The position numbers and the translations under genes are program-made. Under the pieces are notes generated by a model. That model saw only the letters and a program-made list of their open reading frames with translations. It searched no databases and was not told the origin of the DNA. From Octopus bimaculoides (lineage: Eukaryota), in NCBI RefSeq assembly GCF_001194135.2, contig NC_068983.1, forward strand, positions 97,541,489 through 97,605,488: a stretch of DNA of 64,000 nt. Direction: 5' to 3'. Shown in pieces: positions 39,389-51,690 of this stretch (positions are counted from its first letter, which is position 1; every line of letters begins with the position of its first letter).

Positions 39389-39618
39389 TTAATACATATA
39401 AATATCATTTATAATAATATCCGATGTCTGTAAGTAATTCAGGAAAAGCAGAAGAAGGCGATCGGCCAGAAGCAGACAGTAAATAGCAGTTAAAGAATTA
39501 AAATGAGACATTAAATACTACGCGCTCTATTCTTTTAGCTAAGACAATGCATGGGCTACGTTCCTTAAACCGCGCTCTGCATCTCTTCTCTAAGTATCTA
39601 CCACTCAGATATACTACA

Positions 39619-39674
<56 letters not shown>

Positions 39675-39916
39675 TTAATACATATAAATATCATTTATAA
39701 TAATATCCGATGTCTGTAAGTAATTCAGGAAAAGCAGAAGAAGGCGATCGGCCAGAAGCAGACAGTAAATAGCAGTTAAAGAATTAAAATGAGACATTAA
39801 ATACTACGCGCTCTATTCTTTTAGCTAAGACAATGCATGGGCTACGTTCCTTAAACCGCGCTCTGCATCTCTTCTCTAAGTATCTACCACTCAGATATAC
39901 TACACACACATACACA

Positions 39917-39950
<34 letters not shown>
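39345..39950. repeat. Near-identical tandem duplication, period 286 bp, each unit bounded by (CA)n
   Basis: TACATTAATAC at 39385 and 39671; CCACTCAGATATAC at 39601 and 39887. Confidence 0.9.
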
Positions 39951-39953
<3 letters not shown>

Positions 39954-40087
39954 TTGCATATGCATGTTAGTTTAATGTTTTTATTATGTATATAGCAATA
40001 CATAGATATAAATATGTAAATATGTATCCTTTCATATATATGCATATGTATGTGTATATAAATATAAATAAATCAATGAATATAAGT

Positions 40088-40580
40088 ATATATTAACTAT
40101 ATTTGGTTAAAATTGATGGGTGAGTGTTTGACCCAATCGGATGCGCAAGGAGCCGTGTTAGCGTTGATTTGTGGGTTCGATTCTGGCTGGGGTTAGCTCA
40201 TCATTTTTCAGTCATTTGCTTTTATTTATAAATTGTCTCTTCAAATTGGAGTATAAAATATTATTATGATATATTATACAGCTATTTTTATACTATGAGC
40301 CTTCCTTAGTAGCTTTCTCACCGTAACTTACAAAGACTTCCGCGTTTGTTTACAAATATTATATGTGGTATTAAACAGTTTAAGTATATATTAATTAAAT
40401 TTGGCTGCAATTTATGGGTGAGCGTTTGGTCCAATCGGATGCGCAAGGAGCCATGTTAGCGGTGATTTGTGGATCCGATTCTGGCTGGGGTCAGGTCATT
40501 AATAGTTAGTCGTCTGTTTGTATTTATAAATTGTCGCTTGAAATCGGAGAATAAAATATTATTGTGATATATTACTACAC
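40088..40580 (+). repeat. Diverged tandem pair (period 298 bp) of a tRNA-like unit
   Basis: ATGGGTGAG.GTTTG..CCAATCGGATGCGCAAGGAGCC.TGTTAGCG.TGATTTGTGG.T.CGATTCTGGCTGGGGT at 40116 and 40414, with similar AT-rich flanks. Confidence 0.65.
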
Positions 40581-40584
40581 AGTC

Positions 40585-40627
<43 letters not shown>

Positions 40628-40642
40628 GCACATACATATATA

Positions 40643-41535
40643 CGCGGTCTGATCAATAAGTATCAATAAGTAATAAGTTGCCATAGTAACGAAACTAATG
40701 CACACAGGTAAGGTCGCTTGGCAAAGATTGACCTTGAACACTGCTGTGCATGTGCACTAAGCTTTAACGTTCTAATTTATTCCGGTTGTTTACAGCTGTG
40801 CTTGGAAGGAAGGTGTGTAGCATGTGATCGTCGCATTGACCATGACAGAGAATGTTATGATGGCGATATCTGCTCAGAGGCCCACGCAAATATGCGGAAA
40901 GTGTATAGAGAGGAGTGTATGAGCCACATACAAGTGTACGAGTGTTTCAGACGTTTACAAAAGGACCGAAGAAATGCTGATATTGATGAACGTTCTGGGA
41001 GGCCTGCAACCAACAGAAATGAGAAAGACAACGCAGATGTGCGTGCAGCTGTGAGGGGAAATCTTCTAATCACCATCCATGAACTATCAGAGTATGTGCA
41101 GATTAGTTACGGTTCAGTTCAGTCCATTATCACTGAAGATTTGGGTATGAGACGCGTGTCTGTCAAGTTTGTGCAAAAACTGCATTCAGCAGACTTAAAA
41201 GACACACTAGTTTCAGTTACACAAAATCTTGTTAATTGTGTCGAGATCGACGAAAACTTTCTGAAAAATTTGCGTAGGCCTCTGAGCAGACGTCGCCAAA
41301 CTTTCGGCAAAATCTGAAGTTCAACTTTATGTGTCATGGTCAATTCAACGATCACTCGTTACACACCTTCCTTCCAAGCACTACTGTAAATAGCGGAAGT
41401 AAGCTAGGACATTGAAACTTAGTGAGCATGCAGACACAGCAGAGTTCCAGGTTAATCTGTGTGAAGCGGTTTCATTCAGCGTGCTTCAGCTTTGTTACGA
41501 CTGGGACAGTCCGGATACTTATTGATCAGACCAAT
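40643..41535 (+). mobile_element. Mariner derivative whose 5' end is duplicated in inverted orientation (inverted arms of about 250 bp); N-terminal transposase remnant
   Basis: TA-CGCGGTCTGATCAATAAGTATC ... GATACTTATTGATCAGACC. Arms 40643-~40895 and ~41266-41535 are complementary. The ORF includes VYECFRRLQKDR..DERSGRPAT..ITIHELSEYVQISYGSVQSIITEDLGMRRVSVKFV. Confidence 0.85.
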
Positions 41536-42015
41536 GATAGTCAATTAAAAAAAGCACAGAGTAAAGAAAACGAAAAAAACAAAACAAACGAACATGTGGA
41601 CGTAGCACAAGCAATGTATTAATAAGACACTCGAAGAACGAAAAGGGTAGTAGCTTTACAATTCGAGCATAGCTCTTCTTTGGAAACAGGAAAAACAAGA
41701 AAGTCCAAGACAAAGGAGGATAAAATTCGCCAACAATTACGTGCGGTTACATTTTTGAAGTGACTGGAAGTAGAAGGAATGAAGAGAAAGTGCTTTCTGG
41801 GACAGGAGTGTGTGAAAATGATCAATATGTGTGTGTGTGTGTGTGTGTGCGTATTTGCATGTGTGCGTAGATAGAAGGGTAAATAGTGAGTCAGAGGCAG
41901 AGGCAGTCTAAAGAGGGTGGGAGAATGGGTGGGAGTGACTGTGCGAATGGGGGATGAATGCATGTATATACTAATGCATAAATATATATATATTAACCAT
42001 ATATATACATATATG

Positions 42016-42047
<32 letters not shown>

Positions 42048-42429
42048 TATATATATAAATATATATATATACATACATATTGATATGTGTATATAAATAC
42101 ACACATATGCATTCGTTAGACACGTGCATATACACAAATTTTCCTGTNNNNNNNNNNNNNNNNNNNNNNNNNATATATATATATATATATATATACATAC
42201 AATTATATATGCGTGTATGTTTATGTGTGTTTGCATGTGTGTTTGCATGTGTGTGTCTGTGCTGTCTTTTTGCATGCGTATGTGTGTTTGATGGCTATCT
42301 ATCAAATCGACGTTACCCTTTTCCATTTTTTGTTCCAATGCATACATAGATAATGAATTCATAGATGCGGCTCAAGATCAAAAAGAAAGAGACAGATGTG
42401 TAGACAAGCGGTACACAGATAAAGGATCG

Positions 42430-43080
42430 AATCACGGATGTTCGGTGGCTGTATCTGAGTAATGGCCTCGATCTCCCCTTCGTTCGTCCTTTCCAGCATT
42501 TCTAAGGCCTACCACTTTGGTGGGAGCAGTCTGTTAGCTACCGATAGACCTCGGCTCTTTCTAGATAAGACTCTTCCTTTCGAATTACATGATTGGTTCT
42601 GTGGAGAATGCCTTTTATGATCATTGTTTCGATACTGGTCGTCTCTTAACACTTGAAGCTATAGGAACATGGAAGAATAACATTCCCCATGATGAAGTAT
42701 GAAGAATTTTGTATGAAGAGATGGAGAGGGGTGAGAGTTCTGGTTCAAGAAATCGAGTTTGCGTCAGACATCTAAATGCAAGAAAGGTCTGCTTGATTCT
42801 GTTGTTAAGCTTCTCACTCAACATTGGGTCGCTAAAGATGACGCTTCCAAAATGAACAAAAAGAGCATGGTCTTGTACTTGCTTGTCAATAGAAATTCCG
42901 GTGAGAAGACGATGCTCATGCTCGGTCTATGTATTTAACACTTGTCCCATCAGTCGTTAAATCAACTGTTTCCTATTCTTTTTAGAGGACATGAATGAAG
43001 AGATACTTACGTAGCATCTCCCACAAACAGCAGCCGGTAAATAACCAAGAACAAAGTTTTAGAGCAGACATGAAGCCTAC
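42430..43080 (-). mobile_element. Highly degraded RTE-type LINE RT fragment
   Basis: YRLLFVGDA (cf. LLFADD); FVHFGSVIFSDPMLSEKLNNRIKQTFLAFRCL (cf. FTYLGS..SDA.LD.EINNRIAKASAAFGRL). Confidence 0.55.
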
Positions 43081-43149
43081 AGATTGAGAAAATTTCCATG
43101 TGTGCGTGTGTATGTGTTTTGTGTGTATGTATGTATGTATGTATGTATG

Positions 43150-43206
<57 letters not shown>

Positions 43207-43566
43207 NNNNNNNNNNNNNNNNNNNNNNNNNNNNNNNNNNNNNNNNNNNNNNNNNNNNNNNNNNNNNNNNNNNNNNNNNNNNNNNNNNNNNNNNNNNNNN
43301 NNNNNNNNNNNNNNNNNNNNNNNNNNNNNNNNNNNNNNNNNNNNNNNNNNNNNNNNNNNNNNNNNNNNNNNNNNNNNNNNNNNNNNNNNNNNNNNNNNNN
43401 NNNNNNNNNNNNNNNNNNNNNNNNNNNNNNNNNNNNNNNNNNNNNNNNNNNNNNNNNNNNNNNNNNNNNNNNNNNNNNNNNNNNNNNNNNNNNNNNNNNN
43501 NNNNNNNNNNNNNNNNNNNNNNNNNNNNNNNNNNNNNNNNNNNNNNNNNNNNNNNNNNNNNNNNNN

Positions 43567-43613
<47 letters not shown>

Positions 43614-44324
43614 ACATAATCATTTACTTCTATGTTGATCACTTTGAAATAGGTTCTCTACGTAAGACATTCCAGTGTCGCCAAATTTCTTTTTCTTCTG
43701 TTAACCACAGAAGCATTCGTTATTTTTATGCCACCTATTGAGAGACATTACTCTGGAAACAGAACATTTTCCAGTGGGAATACTTACAAGATATGGTCAT
43801 ATAAATTTTCTTTATACAATGAAACAAGTGTTAGCTCTTCCAACATGCCCTTGCATTTTATACATTTGTTTCGAATCCATAACTAATACATAATTGGTGA
43901 AAAATACTTAACTGAGTCTAATTATAGAAGTGTGAGAAAACTTTCGTTATTCCAGCTCATAGCTGAATAAAATTAGTGTAGCAGAGGACGCAGTACATGG
44001 TGAAGCTTCAATGTGGCTCTAAGAAACACTACAGTTCCTGAAACTAGGAAAAAAAAATACCATATGACAAATCGAAAAATTGCAAATGGAAGGAATACAA
44101 AAATAAATAAAACATTGGTTGGGAAGGAAGAAACAGCAACATATCTGTGCTGGTATGGTTGCGTACTTAAAAATTTTGCTTCAGAAACACGTGGTTTCAA
44201 GTTCGTACCGCAACGTGGTACCGATGTCAAGCTTGTTAACCGATCCCTCTTTTAGCCAACGATCGTATATCTAACGCTTCTGTAAGTTCCGAGTGTTCCA
44301 TTTATATAAAACTAATATATCTTT

Positions 44325-44597
44325 TGTTGTGTCTGGGGAGAGTCATTCTCTTTTGGTGCCTTATAATTTAACACACTCACCGGTAAAATTTCCACTTATT
44401 TCTTATTTATTTTTCTAAGATTTTCGTTGCGTCTTGCAACCTTTTCAATAGTTTTGATAAACAGTGATCTGTGTAAAAAGTTGCGAGATGCAACGAAAAT
44501 TTTTGAAAAGTCAGAGAAGAAATAAGTGGAAATTTTACCGGTGAGTGTGTTAAATTATAAGGCACCAAAAAGAGAATGACTCTCCCCAGACACAACA
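44325..44597. mobile_element. Fold-back MITE-like element with near-perfect inverted arms of about 110 bp
   Basis: TGTTGTGTCTGGGGAGAGTCATTCTCTTTTGGTGCCTTATAATTTAACACACTCACCGGTAAAATTTCCACTTATTTCTT is mirrored exactly at about 44517-44597. Confidence 0.85.
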
Positions 44598-45794
44598 GAA
44601 TATGTTTCAACACACGAACTCACATAAAAAATCTTGCAAACCAAATCCCAAAACGAAATAATATATCTTTTACTTTTCTCTAACTTTACAGTAAATTCAA
44701 TATTTAAGATGTCACACGCTGCAGCTTACAGTTTCGTTCACATTCATCAAACTGCTCTTTTAACTTAAAACATGACAAATTTCATCTTGTTTCGTTTCGT
44801 GTAAATGAAATGTAACATCATTATAAAGGGTACTTTTGAAGCGACACCTGGGAATCTAATGAGAATTGTAAACTCATCAATATACTTGAAGTAATTATCA
44901 GGGAAACATAACCTTCAACATAGTTTATTATACCGTATCAGTTTCGAAACCCAAGTGAAATTTTTACATACAGACGATTGTTGTTAACGTACGAAAGGCG
45001 TCAGTTTGGTGCTTGTGTAAGAAATAATCATTAATGGATTGCTGGGTGTTGGTACTGTTAATATGTTTACACTCATAAGAAAAAATAATACTTTTCATGG
45101 GAAAACTGGTTAAAACTTTTCACCATCTGTTTACAACCAACCAATTTCTGAACACTGAAAATACAGAATTCCGATTGGTTTACTTGAAGAAGTGTTTGCT
45201 ACTTTTGATACTGATAAAAGATTTATTGTTTTCACACACACACACACACACTGATACCCACTCACAGACGCATTCCCCCTCCCCCATTCGCAGATATACT
45301 CTTCAAGCTATTCCCGAAATAACTTCCACTTGAAAAAACATAATTACCCGTTTGTTTGATTCTATAGACGTATAATTGTAACTCAAGCTTTCTCTTTGAA
45401 GATTGCGCATTTAGTGTTTAAATATCTCCCATTTTTATCTTCATATTTTCAAGACGAGAGGAACTTTCAGGAGTATCTAATACTCTATAATTGCCCAAAC
45501 ATGATTAACACTTATCAGATATTTGTATAAGGGAACTCAATTTTCAAGATATCTTCTGAATTTGCTAGATATTACTGGAATGCACTGTACAAATAGTTTC
45601 TTATGTACTAGAATAACTGAGCAACACAAGAAAAACAAAGCTGATGTTTTTTTCTTATTTAATTCTCTTCTGGTTTGCATATATATTTTCTTCACGCTGA
45701 AATTCTGCTTTACACCTCCTCTATACCTTCTTACGTAGTAATATACACCAAACTTCCATACAAAAATAGCTATAATAATAATAACAATGATAAT

Positions 45795-46275
45795 TTAGAA
45801 CAAGGTCAAGGTCGTAAATGTTCTGTTGGAAAATCTACTAAAAATTGTGTATGTATTCAATAGAGACATACAAAGGGAGAATAGGATTAGATAAATTTTC
45901 CAAAAATACCTTAAGGAGAGTCAAATTAACTACAACTAATATTAAATTAGATTCAGACACCGAAATCAATGAATTAAACAAATACTTAGAAACACTTGGA
46001 GAGATAAAACCGAATAAAATACAACTTAAAGAAATGAAGGAACAACATTTTAAAGGAGTGAAGAGTAATATACAAGAGTTAGATTGATATCAAAGACTGA
46101 ACTCAGTACTTGAGATAAATATAGTAACTGTTCCATGTGCCATTTACAAATTACAGCTTTAACGAGTAAACCATGATATAAGTGAATATAAAAGTTTTGA
46201 TAATGAAAACGGGACACTACTAATTCATATATCATGGCATCTGATTTTATCATCCTAACTCCAAGGATCTCACGT
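45795..46275 (+). mobile_element. R4/Dong-type LINE internal fragment (RT C-terminal region)
   Basis: GLDKFSKNTLRRVKLTTTNIKLDSDTEINELNKYLETLG..KIQLKEMKE (cf. FGLDKC..L.RGK..T.NI.L...EIKEL..YKYLG); starts after an (AAT)n run. Confidence 0.7.
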
Positions 46276-48144
46276 GTCATAAACTGTGTTGAGCAGACTT
46301 AGAGATACATGCTTTTTTCTTTTTTTTTGAAGTTTAGTGATGAGGAAGAAAATGCTGAGATGACGTTTGCAGTACCTTCCGGACTGGTGCGACCAAGGCA
46401 GTTAATAATTATCTTCAGCAACTGCAAGTAAAAAAAGATCTGGGCGAAGAGGGATTTCCAGTGGAGAGATATTCTAGGCCAGCAGGATTGAGTTAATGGA
46501 TATTGCGGGCCTTAGAAACGAGTTATACATTGTATGGAGGTGAATGTGTTAAGTAAATTTAAATGATGCTATGCAAGCATCCAACTCTAAGGATCAGAGG
46601 CTATGACAGCAGTTATAGAAAAGTTAGTGAGGAGACAAAGTGTCTGTGGATCAGAGTTGTAAGTGTAATGCCAACCAGCCAAGGGGACATTTTAGTGGTT
46701 TTCTATGTGAGGCAACATCACCGTATCAGACGTTTGGGTGGTTTACTTTGGTAGATCACATTTGAGGCATTATATTGAGTTAGCAACTATTAAAATTACT
46801 AAAATACCTCACGGAATGCTATGTCTTGCCTGAGATACAGTGAAGTCATGGGACTGCAACACGGCAGATTGTGAAGCGGCAGCGGAAGAGCTCAACTGAG
46901 CCAACGGTACTTCTTACATTTATGCTGAGCAGAGGAATCTTTGAGGATCAGAGATCAGGTTTACCAAGCTTTATCTTGAGAATAACTGCAACGCATCTGT
47001 GGGGGCAGCGTCCATGGTTGTGAAATCAGCTAATCAAAGGTTCATTATGACTAAAGCTCATCAGTTTAAGTTCATAATAGAACTGAATGGCGACAGAGAG
47101 TCACGGTGGATACGTGCAAGCAGCGCGACCGGAGAGAGAATTATTAAAGACTATTAAAGAATAAAGCATTTTCAAGCTAATCGGCAACCCAGCATTCAAG
47201 CAATAAACGACATAAAACTAATTACTGGTTAACGGAAAATCTTTTCCATATTCTGTAGCGTTTTAACAGTTCAACTGAATTGAAGGATGGAAATTGGTTA
47301 GATTACCAAGAATATTTCAGAATAACTCTATCTTCGAATAAGATAACCACCTTTTAAATCGCAAAATATATACGCCAATTACGAACACTACCTATATCTG
47401 CACCACCACCATCGATAATTCAACGTCGGTTATCATTTATTTACAACTATATCTGAGATTATTCCGAAAACTGAGATGGAATTGGCTTTCTTCATCAGAG
47501 ATATGAAGAGACGGACCGTAACTTTTGGCTGCACTTAAATTTACATTGAGCATTTGGTTGATATATTTCCATACAATAATACTGGAACTGGATTACACCC
47601 TCTTAAGTTCCAATAGTCGTTGGAATATTGCATGGAATTTCCATTTTAAACGTCAGCCATAACGCTAAATATAAATTAAATCTCACTCTTTTACTCTGTC
47701 TGTCTGTTTCCCTCTCTCACTAAACACACACATATATGTATGTATGTATGTTTGTACTTACGCATACATAATTATGTAGGTGTAAATATATCAGAGTGGA
47801 TATAAAAATACATACATATATATATAAATATATATATATATAAATATATATATNNNNNNNNNNNNNNNNNNNNNNNNNNNNNNNNNNNNNNNNNNNNNNN
47901 NNNNNNNNNNNNNNNNNNNNNNNNNNNNNNNNNNNNNNNNNNNNNNNNNNNNNNNNNNNNNNNNNNNNNNNNNNNNNNNNNNNNNNNNNNNNNNNNNNNN
48001 NNNNNNNNNNNNNNNNNNNNNNNNNNNNNNNNNNNNNNNNNNNNNNNNNNNNNNNNNNNNNNNNNNNNNNNNNNNNNNNNNNNNNNNNNNNNNNNNNNNN
48101 NNNNNNNNNNNNNNNNNNNNNNNNNNNNNNNNNNNNNNNNNNNN

Positions 48145-48177
<33 letters not shown>

Positions 48178-48831
48178 CGTGTATGTTTATATATATATGT
48201 ATGTATGTATGTAAATAGTCAATACATAAACGCATAATGCGATGAATACATATGTATATACTTATACCTACACACCTATGTCTATATATGAATGTATATA
48301 CACATATACATATGTATGTACGTATGTATGTATGTATGGATGGATGGATGGATGGTTGGATGGATGGATGGATGGATGGTAGAAGCATTGCAGCGTAATC
48401 GTGTAGATCAATTGCTATTATCTCTGCCTACTCGGGTGGGTTTACCCTAATTTTAAACTCAAGCAGACGCCTGTATGAATATTCCAGTATATCCACAAAT
48501 TGTTTATATATGCGTACGTGACCGGTCGTTGTACAAATATATCTATATCGCTTGAGTAGATAAATGTGAGGGCAAATATCTTTTTCCATATAAATATACT
48601 TCACGCACAAAAACATATGCATACGTATGTATGTGTATATATATATATGTATAGCTGTATGTGGTGTGTATGTGTGTATGTGTATGTATGTTTGTGTGGT
48701 GTGAGCGTGCTTGTGCTTGGGTGTTTATGTGTATGTAATTCCCTATATCCAATATTCATTCGTGAATATATTCATAACTTCTTATAATATATATAGTGAT
48801 ATACTATTAAGTAGGCGCGCGTGGCATAGTG

Positions 48832-49070
48832 GTTAGAGCGTTGCACTCATGATCGTAATATTGCGGTTTCGGTTCTTGGACCGAGCAATGCAATGAGCAA
48901 ACCACTTTTTTTCAAGTTGATCCAGACCACTCAGTTAGCAAAAAATGAGTACGCCTGTGACAGACAAGCGTCCCGTACAGGGGTGCAATATATTCGCCAC
49001 AGAATCCGGGAAGCCGGTCTAATAATGCTATGGCCCGCGAAGGACCTTTGGGCGGAGATATGTGCAAACA
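48832..49070 (+). mobile_element. tRNA-derived SINE (family C-related)
   Basis: AGGCGCGCGTGGCATAGTGGTTAGAGCGTTGCACTCATGATCG...CCACTCAGTTAGCAAAAATGAGTA...GCGTCCCGTACAGGGG. Confidence 0.65.
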
Positions 49071-49289
49071 TGGCATACAGTAATATGATGATACTTCTAT
49101 TACACATATGTATGTCATTATTCAGTTTTATTTCAAGAGTCTTGCCAATAGAGAAAGAGCCGGTTTCTAACCTAGATCCAAGGCTCCTTCACTGAAATTT
49201 CAACATCAGGGTATGTATGTATGTATGCATGCATGCATATATGCATGTATGTATGTATGCATAGACAAGTTCATATATACTTAAATGAT

Positions 49290-49885
49290 AAACTTCTGTT
49301 ACAGATTTTTAATTCCAGTGATGGCTTGGATCTCTTGTTTTCGAATCAGCTTTCTCCTTTCTTGTTTTGAGAAGCCTAATTTCTCAAGATTGTTATTTAG
49401 GCAGTGTGTTACATATCCCAGTGCCCCAGGTATTAACCTGAATTTTGTAATCCGGATAGAGTAACTCTGAAGATTTCTCAATAGGTAGGTAATTTCTTTT
49501 TCGCTGACATTTTGCCTTATGTTAACATCCACTGGTTAGCTGATTTCCACAGCTATACACAGTTTCTCTTCTCCATCCCAAATTACTACGTCAGGTCTAT
49601 TACGTTTATATTTTATTAAGGTTTTCAATGGAAGATTCTACCAGTATTCCTTTTTATCATGAGTAGCTATGACTTCTACCATACTGTAGGTTCTTATTTC
49701 TTTGGCCCCGGGTTTATCCTTCCGACGGATTTCATTATACAGTGTCCTAGCTACAACATCATTCTCATCGGTAGAAAATACCGTGATGATATTTTCGGAC
49801 AATTGTTTATGATGTGGGTGATATCTTCGGTGTTAACTCCATAAAGTCTGCATCGGTTGTCACATTTTACGGCTTTTCCTACGTC
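49290..49885 (-). mobile_element. R4/Dong-type LINE 3' fossil (CCHC knuckle plus RLE)
   Basis: KCDNRCRLYGVNTEDITHIINNCPKISSRYFLPMR..DVVARTLYNEIR; KRNRPDVVIW; IPGALGYVTHCLNNNLEKLGFSKQERRKLIRK.EIQAITG. Confidence 0.8.
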
Positions 49886-50059
49886 TCTGTCTCTTTTGTG
49901 CATCAGGTATGTATGAATGTATGTATGTATGTATGTATGTATGTATGTACGTGTGTTGGGGTGCTTAATTGTGTGGTTACTTCGATTAAGTTGAATCTAC
50001 TTGACTCCTCTTAACCTTGAAACCACTGGTGTCATCGCATACACATTTAATTTTAGGCG

Positions 50060-50525
50060 CAGGCGTGCTTGTGTGGTAAAAAGCTTGCTTCCCCACCACA
50101 TAGTCCCAGGTTCAGTCCCACCTTGTGAGACCTTAAACAAGTGTCTTCTACTATAGAGTCAGGTCGACCAAAGCCTTATGAATGGATTTGGTAGACAAAA
50201 TTTGAAAGAAGCCTGTCATGTGTGTGTGTGTGTGTGTGTGAGTGTATGTGCGTGTGTGTGAGAGAGAGGGAGTGTATGTGTGTGTGTGTGTGTGTGTGTG
50301 CGCGTGTGCGTGTGTTTGTCCAACCCACCTAACGCTTGACAACTGGTGCTGGTGTGCTTACGTCCTCGTAACTAAGCGATACGGCAAAAAGATGGAATGA
50401 ATGAGGACCAAGCTTAAAGAAAAGAAAGTATTAGGATAGATTCATTCGTCTAAAAATCCTTCAAAGTGGTGCTGCAGCATGACCGCAGTCTAATGACTGA
50501 AACAAGCAAAAGATGAAAAGTAAAA
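50060..50525 (+). mobile_element. SINE family B, full layout: head, internal (TG)n, tail
   Basis: Head 50060-50215, (TG)-rich 50216-50315, tail CGCTTGACAACTGGTGCTGGTGTG...AATGACTGAAACAAGCAAAAG. Confidence 0.75.
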
Positions 50526-50639
50526 GACAGTATTTGTAATATTTAAATTTTTTCTTAGCCCGCTCGACTTACAAGGCCGGTTACTCTGTTTCCATGGCAC
50601 ATACGTGCCCAAGGCCACAACATACCCCTGAACAGGTCG

Positions 50640-50850
50640 TCGATCTGTTGCAGGGTCGAAGGCCAGCAGTTTTTGAGAGATGAGGGCAATTCGATTACGT
50701 CGACTCCAGTAAATGACTGGTTCACTACTTTATCAATCCTGATGGGTTGACAAGCAAAGCTGACCTTGGCAGAATTTGGACTCAGAACGTAAAAAGCTAG
50801 ACGAAATGCCACTAAGCATTTTGACCGACGTGCTAACGATCTATCAGCTC
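50640..50850 (-). mobile_element. SINE family A, diverged
   Basis: GCAAAGCTGACCTTGGCAGAATTTGGACTCAGAACGTAAAAAG..GAAATGCCACTAAGCATTTTG..CGTGCTAACGAT. Confidence 0.7.
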
Positions 50851-51479
50851 AAATCATATCTTTCTTCATAGTTGCACTCAATTTCACATATCATTATAAA
50901 ATGTGATTTAATGAAGATATCACGCATAAGAGTCGAGACATCGTGGTTGCGAAACGAATTTTTTAAACATTCGGCCATACGGCGTTTATGGAAATTTGTA
51001 AAGAAGCGCTTTGGCTGGACTGTAACTCCTAATTCAAAGGTCCAGCATTGCGTCATATTGCGTCTCGATGATACTGTCATACTGCCAGACAATGAATTAT
51101 GTTAAGGTCATACGTATGTCTGGGATACTCAGGTGACTTGATAGTAGTCTCTCTTAGTCCGAGAAAGTCGGTCCCACAATTTCTTGCTGAACAATCTGTA
51201 CAAATGATTTGCTTATAGCGATCAAATGTATGTGCTGGGCCCTAGCTCACCCCCCACACCAATGAAATAGTATACCACACGTCAGGTATCGATGTGATCG
51301 CAGAGTAACGTGAGATGAAATGTTTTGCTCAAAGACACAACTCACCACTACACAAGTTACCACCTGGTCTAGGAATTGAAACCATTATTGTGAATGCAAC
51401 ACCCTAACCACTAGGCCATACGCCTTCACACAGTACTCAGATACTTATACGTTAATATAAGAATAGATAGAAAAGATAG

Positions 51480-51690
51480 AGAGCTGGTTTAATCGCTCCT
51501 GCGCCAGGCGAAACGCTTACCGGCATTTCGTCTATCCTTGTGTTTTGAGCTCAAATTCCACCGAGGTTGACTTTACTTTTTATCCTTTCGGGATCAATTA
51601 AATAAATACCAGTTGAACATGGGAGTCGATGTAATCGACTTCCCTCGTCCCCTGAACTTGCTGGCCTTGTGTCAAAATCTGAAACCAATT
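51480..51690 (+). mobile_element. SINE family A, diverged
   Basis: GAGCTCAAATTCCACCGAGGTTGACTTTACTTTTTATCCTTTCGGGATCAATTAAATAAATACCAGTTG. Confidence 0.7.

Noticed and set aside
43788-43882. 95-nt minus-strand exon candidate LWIRNKCIKCKGMLEELTLVSLYKENLYDHI
   Set aside because: Weak acceptor, poor exonic donor context (CTT|GTAAGT) and no homology; cannot be distinguished from chance.
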